Both the position numbers and the translations under genes were made by a program. This document shows positions 39,551-51,733 of a DNA stretch of 64,000 nt, in pieces; the first letter of the stretch is position 1, and every line of letters begins with the position of its first letter. The stretch spans positions 9,548,001 to 9,612,000 of the forward strand of contig OZ059899.1 in assembly GCA_964057225.1 (NCBI GenBank). The letters are read 5' to 3'. The DNA is from Auanema rhodensis. Lineage: Eukaryota; Animalia; Nematoda. Under the pieces are notes generated by a model. The model did no database searches and was not told the DNA's origin. It worked only from the letters and a program-made list of their open reading frames with translations.

Positions 39551-41725
39551 TTGTTCAACAAAGATTTCAGAAACTCTTATGAAAAAAAAACTAAGACTAT
39601 TGTGATGAGAGAAATTAAGAGAAAAACTATGGAGCTGACATTACATTTTTCTACAATATCACTAGATTCGATATCATTGATATCCTGGAAACGTTATTCC
39701 TTTCCTTTTTTTATATCAAACGAGAGTTTTATGTAATCATAGAGAAATCAGTATCAGTCTGTTCTGTTGGAGAACTGTAAGACATAAAATTTCAATCTAA
39801 TAGGCTCTTTATCGAAGTAAATGTATAAGTTTAAATTGGATATCTAACAATCTTTTTCATTTTATTTCTTATTGTTTGTTTTAAAGTAGGAAAAACTAGT
39901 TCTTTTCTTTCTAATTTCCATCCCAAATGCTTTCGAATTCCAGGAAAATATATACGGCCTTGTTCACCTAAGATTTCAGAAACTCTTATGAGAAAAAAAA
40001 CTAAGACAATTGTGATGAGAGAAATTAAGAGAAAACCTATGGAGCTGACATTACATTTTTCTACAATATCACTAGATTCGATATCATTGACATCCTGGAA
40101 ACGTTATTCCTCTCCTTTTTTCATATCAAACAAGAGTTTTATGTAATCATAGAGAAATCAGGATCAGTCTGTTCTGTTGGAGAACTGTAAGACATAAAAT
40201 TTCAATCTAATAGGCTCTTTATCGAAGTAAATGTATAAGTTAAAATTGGATATCTAACAATCTTTTTCATTTTATTTCTTATTGTTTGTTTTAAAGTAGG
40301 AAAAACTAGTTCTTTTCTTTCTAATTTCCATCCCAAATGCTTTCGAATTCCAAGAAAATATATACGGCCTTGTTCACCTAAGATTTCAGAAACTCTTATG
40401 AGAAAAAAAACTAAGACAATTGTGATGAGAGAAATTAAGAGAAAACCTATGGAGCTGACATTACATTTTTCTACAATATCACTAGATTCGATATCATTGA
40501 CATCCTGGAAACGTTATTCCTCTCCTTTTTTCATATCAAACAAGAGTTTTATGTAATCATAGAGAAATCAGGATCAGTCTGTTCTGTTGGAGAACTGTAA
40601 GACATAAAATTTCAATCTAATAGGCTCTTTATCGAAGTAAATGTATAAGTTAAAATTGGATATCTAACAATCTTTTTCATTTTATTTCTTATTGTTTGTT
40701 TTAAAGTAGGAAAAACTAGTTCTTTTCTTTCTAATTTCCATCCCAAATGCTTTCGAATTCCAGGAAAATATATACGGCCTTGTTCACCTAAGATTTCAGA
40801 AACTCTTATGAGAAAAAAAACTAAGACAATTGTGATGAGAGAAATTAAGAGAAAACCTATGGAGCTGACATTACATTTTTCTACAATATCACTAGATTCG
40901 ATATCATTGACATCCTGGAAACGTTATTCCTCTCCTTTTTTCATATCAAACAAGAGTTTTATGTAATCATAGAGAAATCAGGATCAGTCTGTTCTGTTGG
41001 AGAACTGTAAGACATAAAATTTCAATCTAATAGGCTCTTTATCGAAGTAAATGTATAAGTTAAAATTGGATATCTAACAATCTTTTTCATTTTATTTCTT
41101 ATTGTTTGTTTTAAAGTAGGAAAAACTAGTTCTTTTCTTTCTAATTTCCATCCCAAATGCTTTCGAATTCCAGGAAAATATATACGGCCTTGTTCACCTA
41201 AGATTTCAGAAACTCTTATGAGAAAAAAAACTAAGACAATTGTGATGAGAGAAATTAAGAGAAAACCTATGGAGCTGACATTACATTTTTCTACAATATC
41301 ACTAGATTCGATATCATTGACATCCTGGAAACGTTATTCCTCTCCTTTTTTCATATCAAATAAGAGTTTTATGTAATCATAGAGAAATCAGGATCAGTCT
41401 GTTCTGTTGGAGAACTGTAAGACATAAAATTTCAATCTAATAGGCTCTTTATCGAAGTAAATGTATAAGTTAAAATTGGATATCTAACAATCTTTTTCAT
41501 TTTATTTCTTATTGTTTGTTTTAAAGTAGGAAAAACTAGTTCTTTTCTTTTTAATTTCCATCCCAAATGCTTTCGAATTCCAGCAAAATATATATGTTGA
41601 CAACAAAAAAACTTCTTAAAAAACGTTTTGTTCAACTGTGAATTTCTTATGACACATTGCAAAAATAATCGTTGAAAAAGATAAATTCGATTTTTATGAA
41701 TGACAAGTGAAATGAAAAAAATTTA

Positions 41726-41795
41726 CGACCACGGCTGGATTCGAACCTACAATCTTCTGCTCCGTAGGCAGACGCGTTATCCATTGCGCCACGCG
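41726..41795 (-). pseudogene. tRNA-Arg nt 4-73, cut by the MULE-B inner end
   Basis: First 3 nt replaced by the TIR; also a T63A change. Confidence 0.9.
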
Positions 41796-41960
41796 GGTAA
41801 ACTGACAAGTTTACCAAACTTTAGGTTTACCAAACTAGGTTTACCAAGAAATAGACAAGTTTACCATAGTTATATGGTATACCAGGTTTACCAGGTTTAC
41901 CAAAGTATACCCAATATCAATTTGTGAACACTTTGCAAGGTTTACCAAGTATACCAAATT
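41796..41960. repeat. TIR (inner, B)
   Basis: GTTTACCA sub-repeats. Confidence 0.9.
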
Positions 41961-42526
41961 AAACAAAATAGATTAGAAAGAGTTTTGAGTATTTTGAAGA
42001 AATTTTCAGGTATAACAAACAAATATGATAAAGATGTGAAAATGTAAATTTTTTTTCAAATTATTGATGAGTAAATTTGAAAGTATAAGTTTTAAAAAGA
42101 TATAGTAAGAAAAGTCAAAATCTAAATCATCCTAATCTCAAAATTCTTGTAAACTGAAATAGAATCTATTATCAAAGAACCTTAATTCATATGAAATTTC
42201 TAAAATGTTTTATCTAGACTGATATAGAACTTATTAATAAAATAAATATTAATATTTGACAAGATTGTCTTATAAGTGTTAAAAATATTGTTCATATTTG
42301 AGAAAAATAAGTTCATAAGTTAAACATAAGTTCATTATTACGCGTGTTAAACCCTTCGGTATACTATATTAATGACACCTACCATCAATTGGATGACAAT
42401 TGAGCGTCATATATAGTTCATAAAAAAAACAAAAATTGTGAACATCATCATGAACATAAAAAATAATTTGATTTAATCAAACCAATTTTAAACTTCACGT
42501 TTAACGCTTACCTAAATCTTTCAACT

Positions 42527-45388
42527 ATGAATGCTTTTGAACTCCTTTTCGATAACAGCATTGCTGTTCTTGATTGCATGCCTGATTTATTGGGCATGCA
42601 TCAGGGTAAAAATTTTTTTAGAATTTCAAAAAGACAATTCATTGTCTAGAAGGATATTACTCGGGATATCTTCACTCCATGGAACAGAAAAGGTTAGTTT
42701 TATATTTTCAAGTTTCTATATATAGTTTGTTTCAGGAGGCAATGGTCTGCCTGCTATTAACAACAAGACCTCTTCCAGAGGTTGTAAACTGGTTGACGGG
42801 CAATACATCCTTTGCTCCAAGGATGATTGTGCCGAATTTACTTACAGAACCATCCTCTGTAAGAAACCCGATATGGATCTCACCAAAGAGGTGTTTTGTT
42901 TATTTAAGATTTACAATTAATTTTTGTTTTAGATTCATATGATCGTACAAGGCAAGGAAAAAATTATTGAACCCGTTTTAATAATTTACAACGTGCAGGC
43001 AAGTTCTCTTATTTTGCTTTTTACTCTATGTACTATATTTAGGAATCTCTGCAAAACTTCGTGCCCGCGAAGCAGAGAATATTGCCTTCCGTTAGCCAAG
43101 ATGTCAAAAATGTTCTGGAAAACAGAACAACAGCTGCTGCTAAGGAAATGCTCAAGGATTCTGAGATCAGCTCTAGTCAGGCAAGTGTGAAAGTTTCATG
43201 TTTTTTCTACATTTTCATTTTTAGCTGACCAGTCTTGCTCGCAGTGTTAGCACCCACATAAAGTCGGGCACTGGCAAGCGATCACCCAGCGATATCAACA
43301 AGCTTGTTGATAGATTCGCAAATGGCAGCATGAAGGTAGAGCATATGGAGCCAATTAAAGTAGAAAGAACAGGTTAAATTTTATTTTTATTTGTTTTAAT
43401 AGTAATAATTTACATTCTAGATCGTGGTGTAGCGTTCTGTCAGATTGTTGGATACCCAGCAGCTTTCAAACATTTTTGTGCGTCATTGCCAACGGTTGAA
43501 GACATGGATGACCACCTCCGCTTTGTTGAAAGCATTCAATATTTGCCAAAACAAGAGGCAAAGGAAGCTTTTGGTGAGTATTTTATCATTGAAACTTAAT
43601 TTTTTTTCATATTTCAGTGAGGATTTTAAACCAAGTAAATGCTTCTGGAGCCCTTCCAACAATAGGCAGCATTATAATGACTGATACGACGTTCTCAATC
43701 AGTAGTGGTGAGTACATCACGTTAGCTCTTGGTGTATCCGACATGTTTACGTAAGTTTTCATTAATCATATCTTTTTTTAAAATTTTGTATATTCAGGTC
43801 GAAAAAATCTGGAAAAAATGCAGGCATAATGCTTGCATGTATGGTACATAGTACCAAACATGCTTCCAACCATGAAGCTTTCTCAGCATTTTTAAATAAG
43901 ATGCTCTCACAATATGGAAAACACAAAAGAATCGCTGGTTTGTGTCATGATGGAGAAGATGCTTTTAAAGCATACAATACTGTAAGAAATTTTTTTACAT
44001 AAGGTTTAATTGTTCTTTATTTTAGGGATCATTTTTAAAAGATGCTGTGCCGCTAAGATGTTCCGTGCACCGAATGGAGAATATCAAAAGCACATTCGGC
44101 AAGGACGATGATGCTGAGAGAAAGGAACACATCCTCCATAAAATATTTGGGAGAAAAAAAGAGGTATACTTGATATTGTTTTTAAACACTATTTTTATGT
44201 TTTAAGACTGAATATGGAACGATCATGAGGAAAGGGGCTCTATCATCACTAAACCGTGATGAATATGAAAGGAAAATCCAAGATATTGTAAGGAATTGTG
44301 GAGAAAGAACTCGACAATGGTTGGTTTTTTTTTTAATTCTTTTATTTTTTTTTAATTTAGGCTTCTTACCAACAAGGACGATTTATATCAAACCAATAGT
44401 TTGATTCAAAAATTGAGAGCTGGGCAAAGCCAACAATTTTTTTCAACAAACTTGTTGGAGTCGAAGAATTCTCAATTGAAAGCTAGAATACCTCACCCTA
44501 TTCCGGCTCATCAAGTTTTAGAGAAAATGCTGCAACTACATGAAGGTAATCAAAACATATTGAAAATAACTAGTAATTTTGTTATAGAAGAAATTAAAGA
44601 ACGAATTGGAGCCGTTCATCAGAAATCCGACAAACTGGCCACTCATTTTCATGTTGAAAACCATGAGTGGTTAGTAATGACACGCATTGAAAAAATGAAT
44701 AAGCTCAAACTTTTCGGTTTGAGTGATTTCATTTTTGAAAATTCGTTGTCAAGCTATCCATCATGGATGAGTGAGCCAGTCGGGACCAGCAATGCGGACA
44801 TGTTTTTTGAAACTGTTCAGCGTTTGGAGGTATTTCCTGCTGCAAAGGCAGGCATATATTTCACCAAGGACAGTACGGGAGCTTAAGCTAAGATTTTTTA
44901 ATTTGAGTTTATCATTGTTATTCCAGATTGGGATGTGTCAATGAGACCAATAATGAGCTTGTATGCTCCAGTCCGGGATGCACGCAACGAAATTGCCCTA
45001 AGCATGCTCTATGCCAACACAGGTTTCTTAAGTTTGAGAAACAAAATATTATATTTTTGTTCCAGGCTAGCTGTCTTCATATCGTTAGAAAACGAAACAA
45101 AGAAAAGAGCGATCGTGGAAAATCTGGAACGAAAAAGAAATGAGAGAACAGTTCGAGATGTACAAGCTGAGCAATTGAGACCAGCTGACGGATCAAAGTT
45201 TGATCACAGAAGATTTGGTTCTCAATTTTCGAAAACGAACCGTAAGAGAAACTACTACGACATGGAGTAGGTTTCAAATACCTCGATTTGTAATCAATTT
45301 TCATTATAGCTCAACAGCCGATTCAGATGACGAGATTCTGATACCAGGGCCAGGGGGACAACAGGAACGCTACTACTCACTTTCATAA
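42527..45388 (+). pseudogene. spliced MULE DDE transposase, ~15 exons; TAG at 42647-42649 and GT>TT donor at 44883
   Basis: IMTDTTF, CHDGEDAF, RCSVH, STNLLESKNSQLK, CSSPGCTQRNCPKH. Exon frame is supported by mostly synonymous differences from copy A. Confidence 0.85.
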
Positions 45389-45781
45389 AGTGCCGTAGCT
45401 ACAAACAAAAACAAAACAAAAACAACAAGAGCATTAATAAGGTCAGTAAACTAGCATATTTAAAATTTAATATTTCATTTCATTTACAATATTGATCCAT
45501 CACACACTCTCAGCAATTTGAAAATCATTATCAAAAGGTCAGTTAGAACGATTACTTAACATCTTTAATGAACACTTTTCATGTATGCAACAGCTCCACA
45601 AAAAGAAAACATGCGAAACAGAAGGTTTTTTAAGAATTAAAATTTCATTTTTTTAACACATCATGTTCAATTAATATAAAATTCTTTTTCCTGATATTAT
45701 TATCACTACCTTGAAAAAAAAACATACAATTTCAAACTACAACTTTTTGTATTTTGGTATACTTAGTATAAGGATATTTTT

Positions 45782-45961
45782 TTGGTAAACTTGGTAAATT
45801 TGGTATACTTGGTAAACCTTGCGAAGTGTTCACAAATTAATATTGGGTATACTTTGGTAAACCTGGTAAACCTGGTATACCATATAACTATGGTAAACTT
45901 GTCTATTTCTTGGTAAACCTAGTTTGGTAAACCTAAAGTTTGGTAAACTTGTCAGTTTGCC
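45782..45961. repeat. TIR (outer, B)
   Basis: TGGTAAAC sub-repeats ending GTCAGTTTGCC. Confidence 0.9.
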
Positions 45962-46005
45962 GCCTACGGAGCAGAAGATTGTAGGTTCGAATCCTGCCGT
46001 GGTCG
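45962..46005 (+). pseudogene. 3' half (nt 30-73) of the split tRNA-Arg, starting with TSD GCCTACGGA
   Basis: Continues the tRNA begun at 35271. Confidence 0.93.
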
Positions 46006-49000
46006 TAAATTTTTTTCATTTCACTTGTCATTCATAAAAATCGAATTTATTTTTTTCAATGATTTTTTTTTGCAATGTGTCATAAGAATTACACAGTTGA
46101 ACAAAACGTTTTTTAAAAATTTTCTTTGTTGTCAACATATATATTTTCCTGGAATTCGAAAGCATTTGGGATGGAAATTAGAAAGAAAAGAACTAGTTTT
46201 TCCTACTTTAAAACAAACAATAAGAAATAAAATGAAAAAGATTGTTAGATATCCAATTTAAACTTATACATTTACTTCGATAAAGAGCCTATTAGATTGA
46301 AATTTTATGTCTTACAGTTCTCCAACAGAACAGACTGATCCTGATTTCTCTATGATTACATAAAACTCCCGTTTGATATAAAAAAAGGAGAGGAATAACG
46401 TTTCCAGGATGTCAAGGATATCGAATCTAGTGATATTGTAGAGAAATGTAATGTCAGCTCCATAGGTTTTCTCTTAATTTCTCTCATCACAATTGTCTTA
46501 GTTTTTTTTCTCATAAGAGTTTCTGAAATCTTAGGTGAACAAGGCCGTATATATTTTGCTGGAATTCGAAAGCATTTGGGATGGAAATTAGGAAGAAAAG
46601 AACTAGTTTTTCTACTTTAAAACAAACAATAAGAAATAAAATGAAAAAGATTGTTAGATATCCAATTTAAACTTATACATTTACTTCGATAAAGAGCCTA
46701 TTAGATTGAAATTTTATGTCTTACAGTTCTCCAACAGAACAGACTGATCCTGATTTCTCTATGATTACATAAAACTCCCGTTTGATATAAAAAAAGGAGA
46801 GGAATAACGTTTCCAGGATGTCAAGGATATCGAATCTAGTGATATTGTAGAGAAATGTAATGTCAGCTCCATAGGTTTTCTCTTAATTTCTCTCATCACA
46901 ATTGTCTTAGTTTTTTTTCTCATAAGAGTTTCTGAAATCTTAGGTGAACAAGGCCGTATATATTTTGCTGGAATTCGAAAGCATTTGGGATGGAAATTAG
47001 AAAGAAAAGAACTAGTTTTTCCTACTTTAAAAGAAACAATAAGAAATAAAATGAAAAAGATTGTTAGATATCCAATTTAAACTTATACATTTACTTCGAT
47101 AAAGAGCCTATTAGTTTGAAATTTTATGTCTTACAGTTCTCCAACAGAACAGACTGATCCTGATTTTTCTACGATTACATGAAACTCTCGTTTGATATAA
47201 AAAAAGGAGAGGAACAACGTTTCCAGGATGTCAAGGATATCGAATCTAGTGATATTGTAGAAAAATGTAATGTCAGCTCCATAGGTTTTCTCCTAATTTC
47301 TCTCATCACAATTGTCTTAGTTTTTTTTCTCATAAGAGTTTCTGAAATCTTAGGTGAACAAGGCCGTATATAATTTCCTGGAATTCGAAAGCATTTGGGA
47401 TGGAATTTAGAAAGAAAAAAACTAGTTTTTCCTACTTTAAAACAAACAATAAGAAATAAAATGAAAAAGATTGTTAGATATCCAATTTAAACTTATACAT
47501 TTATTTCGATAAAGAGCCTATTAGATTGAAATTTTATGTCTTACAGTTCTCCAACAGAACAGACTGATCCTGATTTCTCTATGATTACATAAAACTCCCG
47601 TTTGATATAAAAAAAGGAGAGGAATAACGTTTCCAGGATGTCAAGGATATCGAATCTAGTGATATTGTAGAGAAATGTAATGTCAGCTCCATAGGTTTTC
47701 TCTTAATTTCTCTCATCACAATTGTCTTAGTTTTTTTTCTCATAAGAGTTTCTGAAATCTTAGGTGAACAAGGCCGTATATATTTTGCTGGAATTCGAAA
47801 GCATTTGGGATGGAAATTAGAAAGAAAAGAACTAGTTTTTCCTACTTTAAAACAAACAATAAGAAATAAAATGAAAAAGATTGTTAGATATCCAATTTAA
47901 ACTTATACATTTATTTCGATAAAGAGCCTATTAGATTGAAATTTTATGTCTTACAGTTCTCCAACAGAACAGACTGATCCTGATTTTTCTACGATTACAT
48001 AAAACTCTCGTTTGATATAAAAAAAGAAGAGGAACAACGTTTCCAGGATGTCAAGGATATCGAATCTAGTGATATTGTAGAAAAATGTAATGTCAGCTCC
48101 ATAGGTTTTCTCCTAATTTCTCTCATCACAATTGTCTTAGTTTTTTTTCTCATAAGAGTTTCTGAAATCTTAGGTGAACAAGGCCGTATATAATTTCCTG
48201 GAATTCGAAAGCATTTGGGATGGAATTTAGAAAGAAAAAAACTAGTTTTTCCTACTTTAAAACAAACAATAAGAAATAAAATGAAAAGGATTGTTAGATA
48301 TCCAATTTAAACTTATACATTTACTTCGATAAAGAGCCTGTTAGTTTGAAATTTTATGTCTTACAGTTCTCCAACAGAACAGACTGATCCTGATTTTTCT
48401 ACGATTACATGAAACTCTCGTTTGATATAAAAAAAGGAGAGGAATAACGTTTCCAGGATGTCAAGGATATCGAATCTAGTGATATTGTAGAAAAATGTAA
48501 TGTCAGCTCCATAGGTTTTCTCCTAATTTCTCTCATCACAATTGTCTTAGTTTTTTTTCTCATAAGAGTTTCTGAAATCTTAGTTGAACAAGGCCGTATA
48601 TAATTTCCTGGAATTCGAAAGCATTTGGGATGGAATTTAGAAAGAAAAGAACTAGTTTTTCCTACTTTAAAACAAACAATAAGAAATAAAATGAAAAAGA
48701 TTGTTAGATATCCAATTTAAACTTATACATTTACTTCGATAAAGAGCCTGTTAGTTTGAAATTTTATGTCTTACAGTTCTCCAACAGAACAGACTGATCC
48801 TGATTTTTCTACGATTACATAAAACTCTCGTTTGATATAAAAAAAGGAGAGGAACAACGTTTCCAGGATGTCAAGGGTATCGAATCTAGTGATATTGTAG
48901 AAAAATGTAATGTCAGCTCCATAGGTTTTCTCCTAATTTCTCTCATCACAATTGTCTTAGTTTTTTTTCTCATAAGAGTTTCTGAAATCTTAGGTGAACA

Positions 49001-50232
49001 AGGCCGTATATAATTTCCTGGAATTCGAAAGCATTTGGGATGGAATTTAGAAAGAAAAAAACTAGTTTTTCTTACTTTAAAACAAACAATAAGAAATAAA
49101 ATGAAAAGGATTGTTAGATATCCAAGTTAAACTTATACATTTACTTCGATAAAGAGCCTGTTAGTTTGAAATTTTATGTCTTACAGTTCTCCAACAGAAC
49201 AGACTGATCCTGATTTTTCTACGATTACATAAAACTCTCGTTTGATATAAAAAAAGAAGAGGAACAACGTTTCCAGGATGTCAAGGATATCGAATCTAGT
49301 GATATTGTAGAAAAATGTAATGTCAGCTCCATAGGTTTTCTCCTAATTTCTCTCATCACAATTGTCTTAGTTTTTTTTCTCATAAGAGTTTCTGAAATCT
49401 TAGGTGAACAAGGCCGTATATAATTTCCTGGAATTCGAAAGCATTTGGGATGGAATTTAGAAAGAAAAAAACTAGTTTTTCCTACTTTAAAACAAACAAT
49501 AAGAAATAAAATGAAAAGGATTGTTAGATATCCAATTTAAACTTATACATTTACTTCGATAAAGAGCCTGTTAGTTTGAAATTTTATGTCTTACAGTTCT
49601 CCAACAGAACAGACTGATCCTGATTTTTCTACGATTACATAAAACTCTCGTTTGATATAAAAAAAGGAGAGGAATAACGTTTCCAGGATGTCAAGGATAT
49701 CGAATCTAGTGATATTGTAGAGAAATGTAATGTCAGCTCCATAGGTTTTCTCTTAATTTCTCTCATCACAATTGTCTTAGTTTTTTTTCTCATAAGAGTT
49801 TCTGAAATCTTAGGTGAACAAGGCCGTATATATTTTGCTGGAATTCGAAAGCATTTGGGATGGAAATTAGAAAGAAAAGAACTAGTTTTTCCTACTTTAA
49901 AACAAACAATAAGAAAAAAAATGAAAAAGATTGTTAGATATCCAATTTAAACTTATACATTTATTTCGATAAAGAGCCTATTAGATTGAAATTTTATGTC
50001 TTACAGTTCTCCAACAGAACAGACTGATCCTGATTTTTCTACGATTACATAAAACTCTCGTTTGATATAAAAAAAAGAGAGGAATAACGTTTCCAGGTAG
50101 TCAAGGATATCGAATCTAGTGATATTGTAGAAAAATGTACTGTCAGCTCCATAGGTTTTCTCCTAATTTCTCTCATCACAATTGTCTTAGTTTTTTTTTC
50201 TCATAAGAGTTTCTGAAATCTTAGTTGAACAA

Positions 50233-50305
50233 GGCCGCGTGGCGCAATGGATAACGCGTCTGCCTACGGAGCAGAAGATTGTAGGTTCGAATCCTGCCGT
50301 GGTCG
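50233..50305 (+). tRNA. tRNA-Arg(ACG)
   Basis: Consensus copy. Confidence 0.95.
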
Positions 50306-51660
50306 TAAATTTTTTCATTTCACTTGTCATTTACAAAAATCGAATTTATCTTCTTCAACGATTATTTTTGCAATGTGTCATAAGAATTTCACAGTTGAAC
50401 AAAACGTTTTTTAAGAAGTTTTTTTGTTGTCAACATATATATTTTGCTGGAATTCGAAAGCATTTGGGATGGAAATTAGAAAGAAAAGAACTTGTTTTTC
50501 CTACTTTAAAACAAACAATAAGAAATAAAATGAAAAAGATTGTTAGATATCCATTTTAAACTTATACATTTACTTCGATAAAGAGCCTATTAGATTGAAA
50601 TTTTATGTCTTACAGTTCTCCAACAGAACAGACTGATCCTGATTTTTCTACGATTACATAAAACTCTCGTTTGATATAGAAAAAGGAGAGGAACAACGTT
50701 TCCAGGATGTCATGGATATCGAATCTAGTGATATTGTAGAAAAATGTAATGTCAGCTCTATAGGTTTTCTCCTAATTTCTCTCATCACAATTGTCTTAGT
50801 TTTTTTCTCATAAGAGTTTCTGAAATCTTAGGTGAACAAGGCCGTATATAATTTCCTGTATTTCGAAAGCATTTGGGATGGAAATTAGAAAGAAAAGAAC
50901 TAGTTTTTCCTACTTTAAAACAAACAATAAGAAATAAAATGAAAAAGATTGTTAGATATCCAATTTAAACTTATACATTTATTTCGATAAAGAGCCTATT
51001 AGATTGAAATTTTATGTCTTACAGTTCTACAACAGAACAGACTGATCCTGATTTCTCTATGATTACATAAAACTCTCGTTTGATATAAAAAAAGGAGAGG
51101 AATAACGTTTCCAGGATATCAATGATATCGAATCTAGTGATATTGTAGAAAAATGTAATGTCAGCTCCATAGGTTTTCTCCTAATTTCTCTCATCACAAT
51201 TGTCTTAGTTTTTTTCTCATAAGAGTTTCTGAAATCTTAGGTGAACAAGGCCGTAGATAATTTCCTGTATTTCGAAAGCATTTGGGATGGAAATTAGAAA
51301 GAAAAGAACTAGTTTTTCCTACTTTAAAACAAACAATAAGAAATAAAATGAAAAAGATTGTTAGATATCCAATTTAAACTTATACATTTACTTCGATAAA
51401 GAGCCTATTAGATTGAAATTTTATGTCTTACAGTTCTACAACAGAACAGACTGATCCTGATTTCTCTATGATTACATAAAACTCTCGTTTGATATAAAAA
51501 AAGGAGAGGAATAACGTTTCCAGGATATCAATGATATCGAATCTAGTGATATTGTAGAAAAATGTAATGTCAGCTCCATAGGTTTTCTCTTAATTTCTCT
51601 CATCACAATTGTCTTAGTTTTTTTTTTCTCATAAGAGTTTCTGAAATCTTAGTTGAACAA

Positions 51661-51733
51661 GGCCGCGTGGCGCAATGGATAACGCGTCTGCCTACGGAGC
51701 AGAAGATTGTAGGTTCAAATCCTGCCGTGGTCG
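51661..51733 (+). tRNA. tRNA-Arg(ACG), TTCAAAT variant
   Basis: Intact cloverleaf. Confidence 0.93.

Larger units (their letters stand above)
39501..41795 (-). repeat. inverted block of the same array between the two MULEs
   Basis: Reverse complement of the unit; TGTTCACCTA at 39961, 40371, 40781, 41191. Confidence 0.97.
35309..45961. mobile_element. putative composite (macro)transposon: MULE-A + inverted array cargo + MULE-B
   Basis: 9-bp direct repeat GCCTACGGA at 35300-35308 and 45962-45970; the inner flanks do not match it or each other. Confidence 0.8.
41796..45961 (+). mobile_element. Mutator-like DNA transposon, copy B (4.17 kb)
   Basis: TIRs GGTAAACTGAC... and ...GTCAGTTTGCC; diverged paralog of A. 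Confidence 0.92.

Noticed and set aside
42679-42942. ORF-track frame EAMVCLLLTTRPLPEVVNW as a transposase exon
   Set aside because: A/B differences are synonymous in the other frame (GGNGLPAINNKTSSRGCKLVDG), which also splices in phase.
35309-45961. One giant Foldback element with 4-kb TIRs, or an assembly fold-back artefact
   Set aside because: Each arm has its own pair of TIRs and its own transposase, and the arms are substantially diverged.
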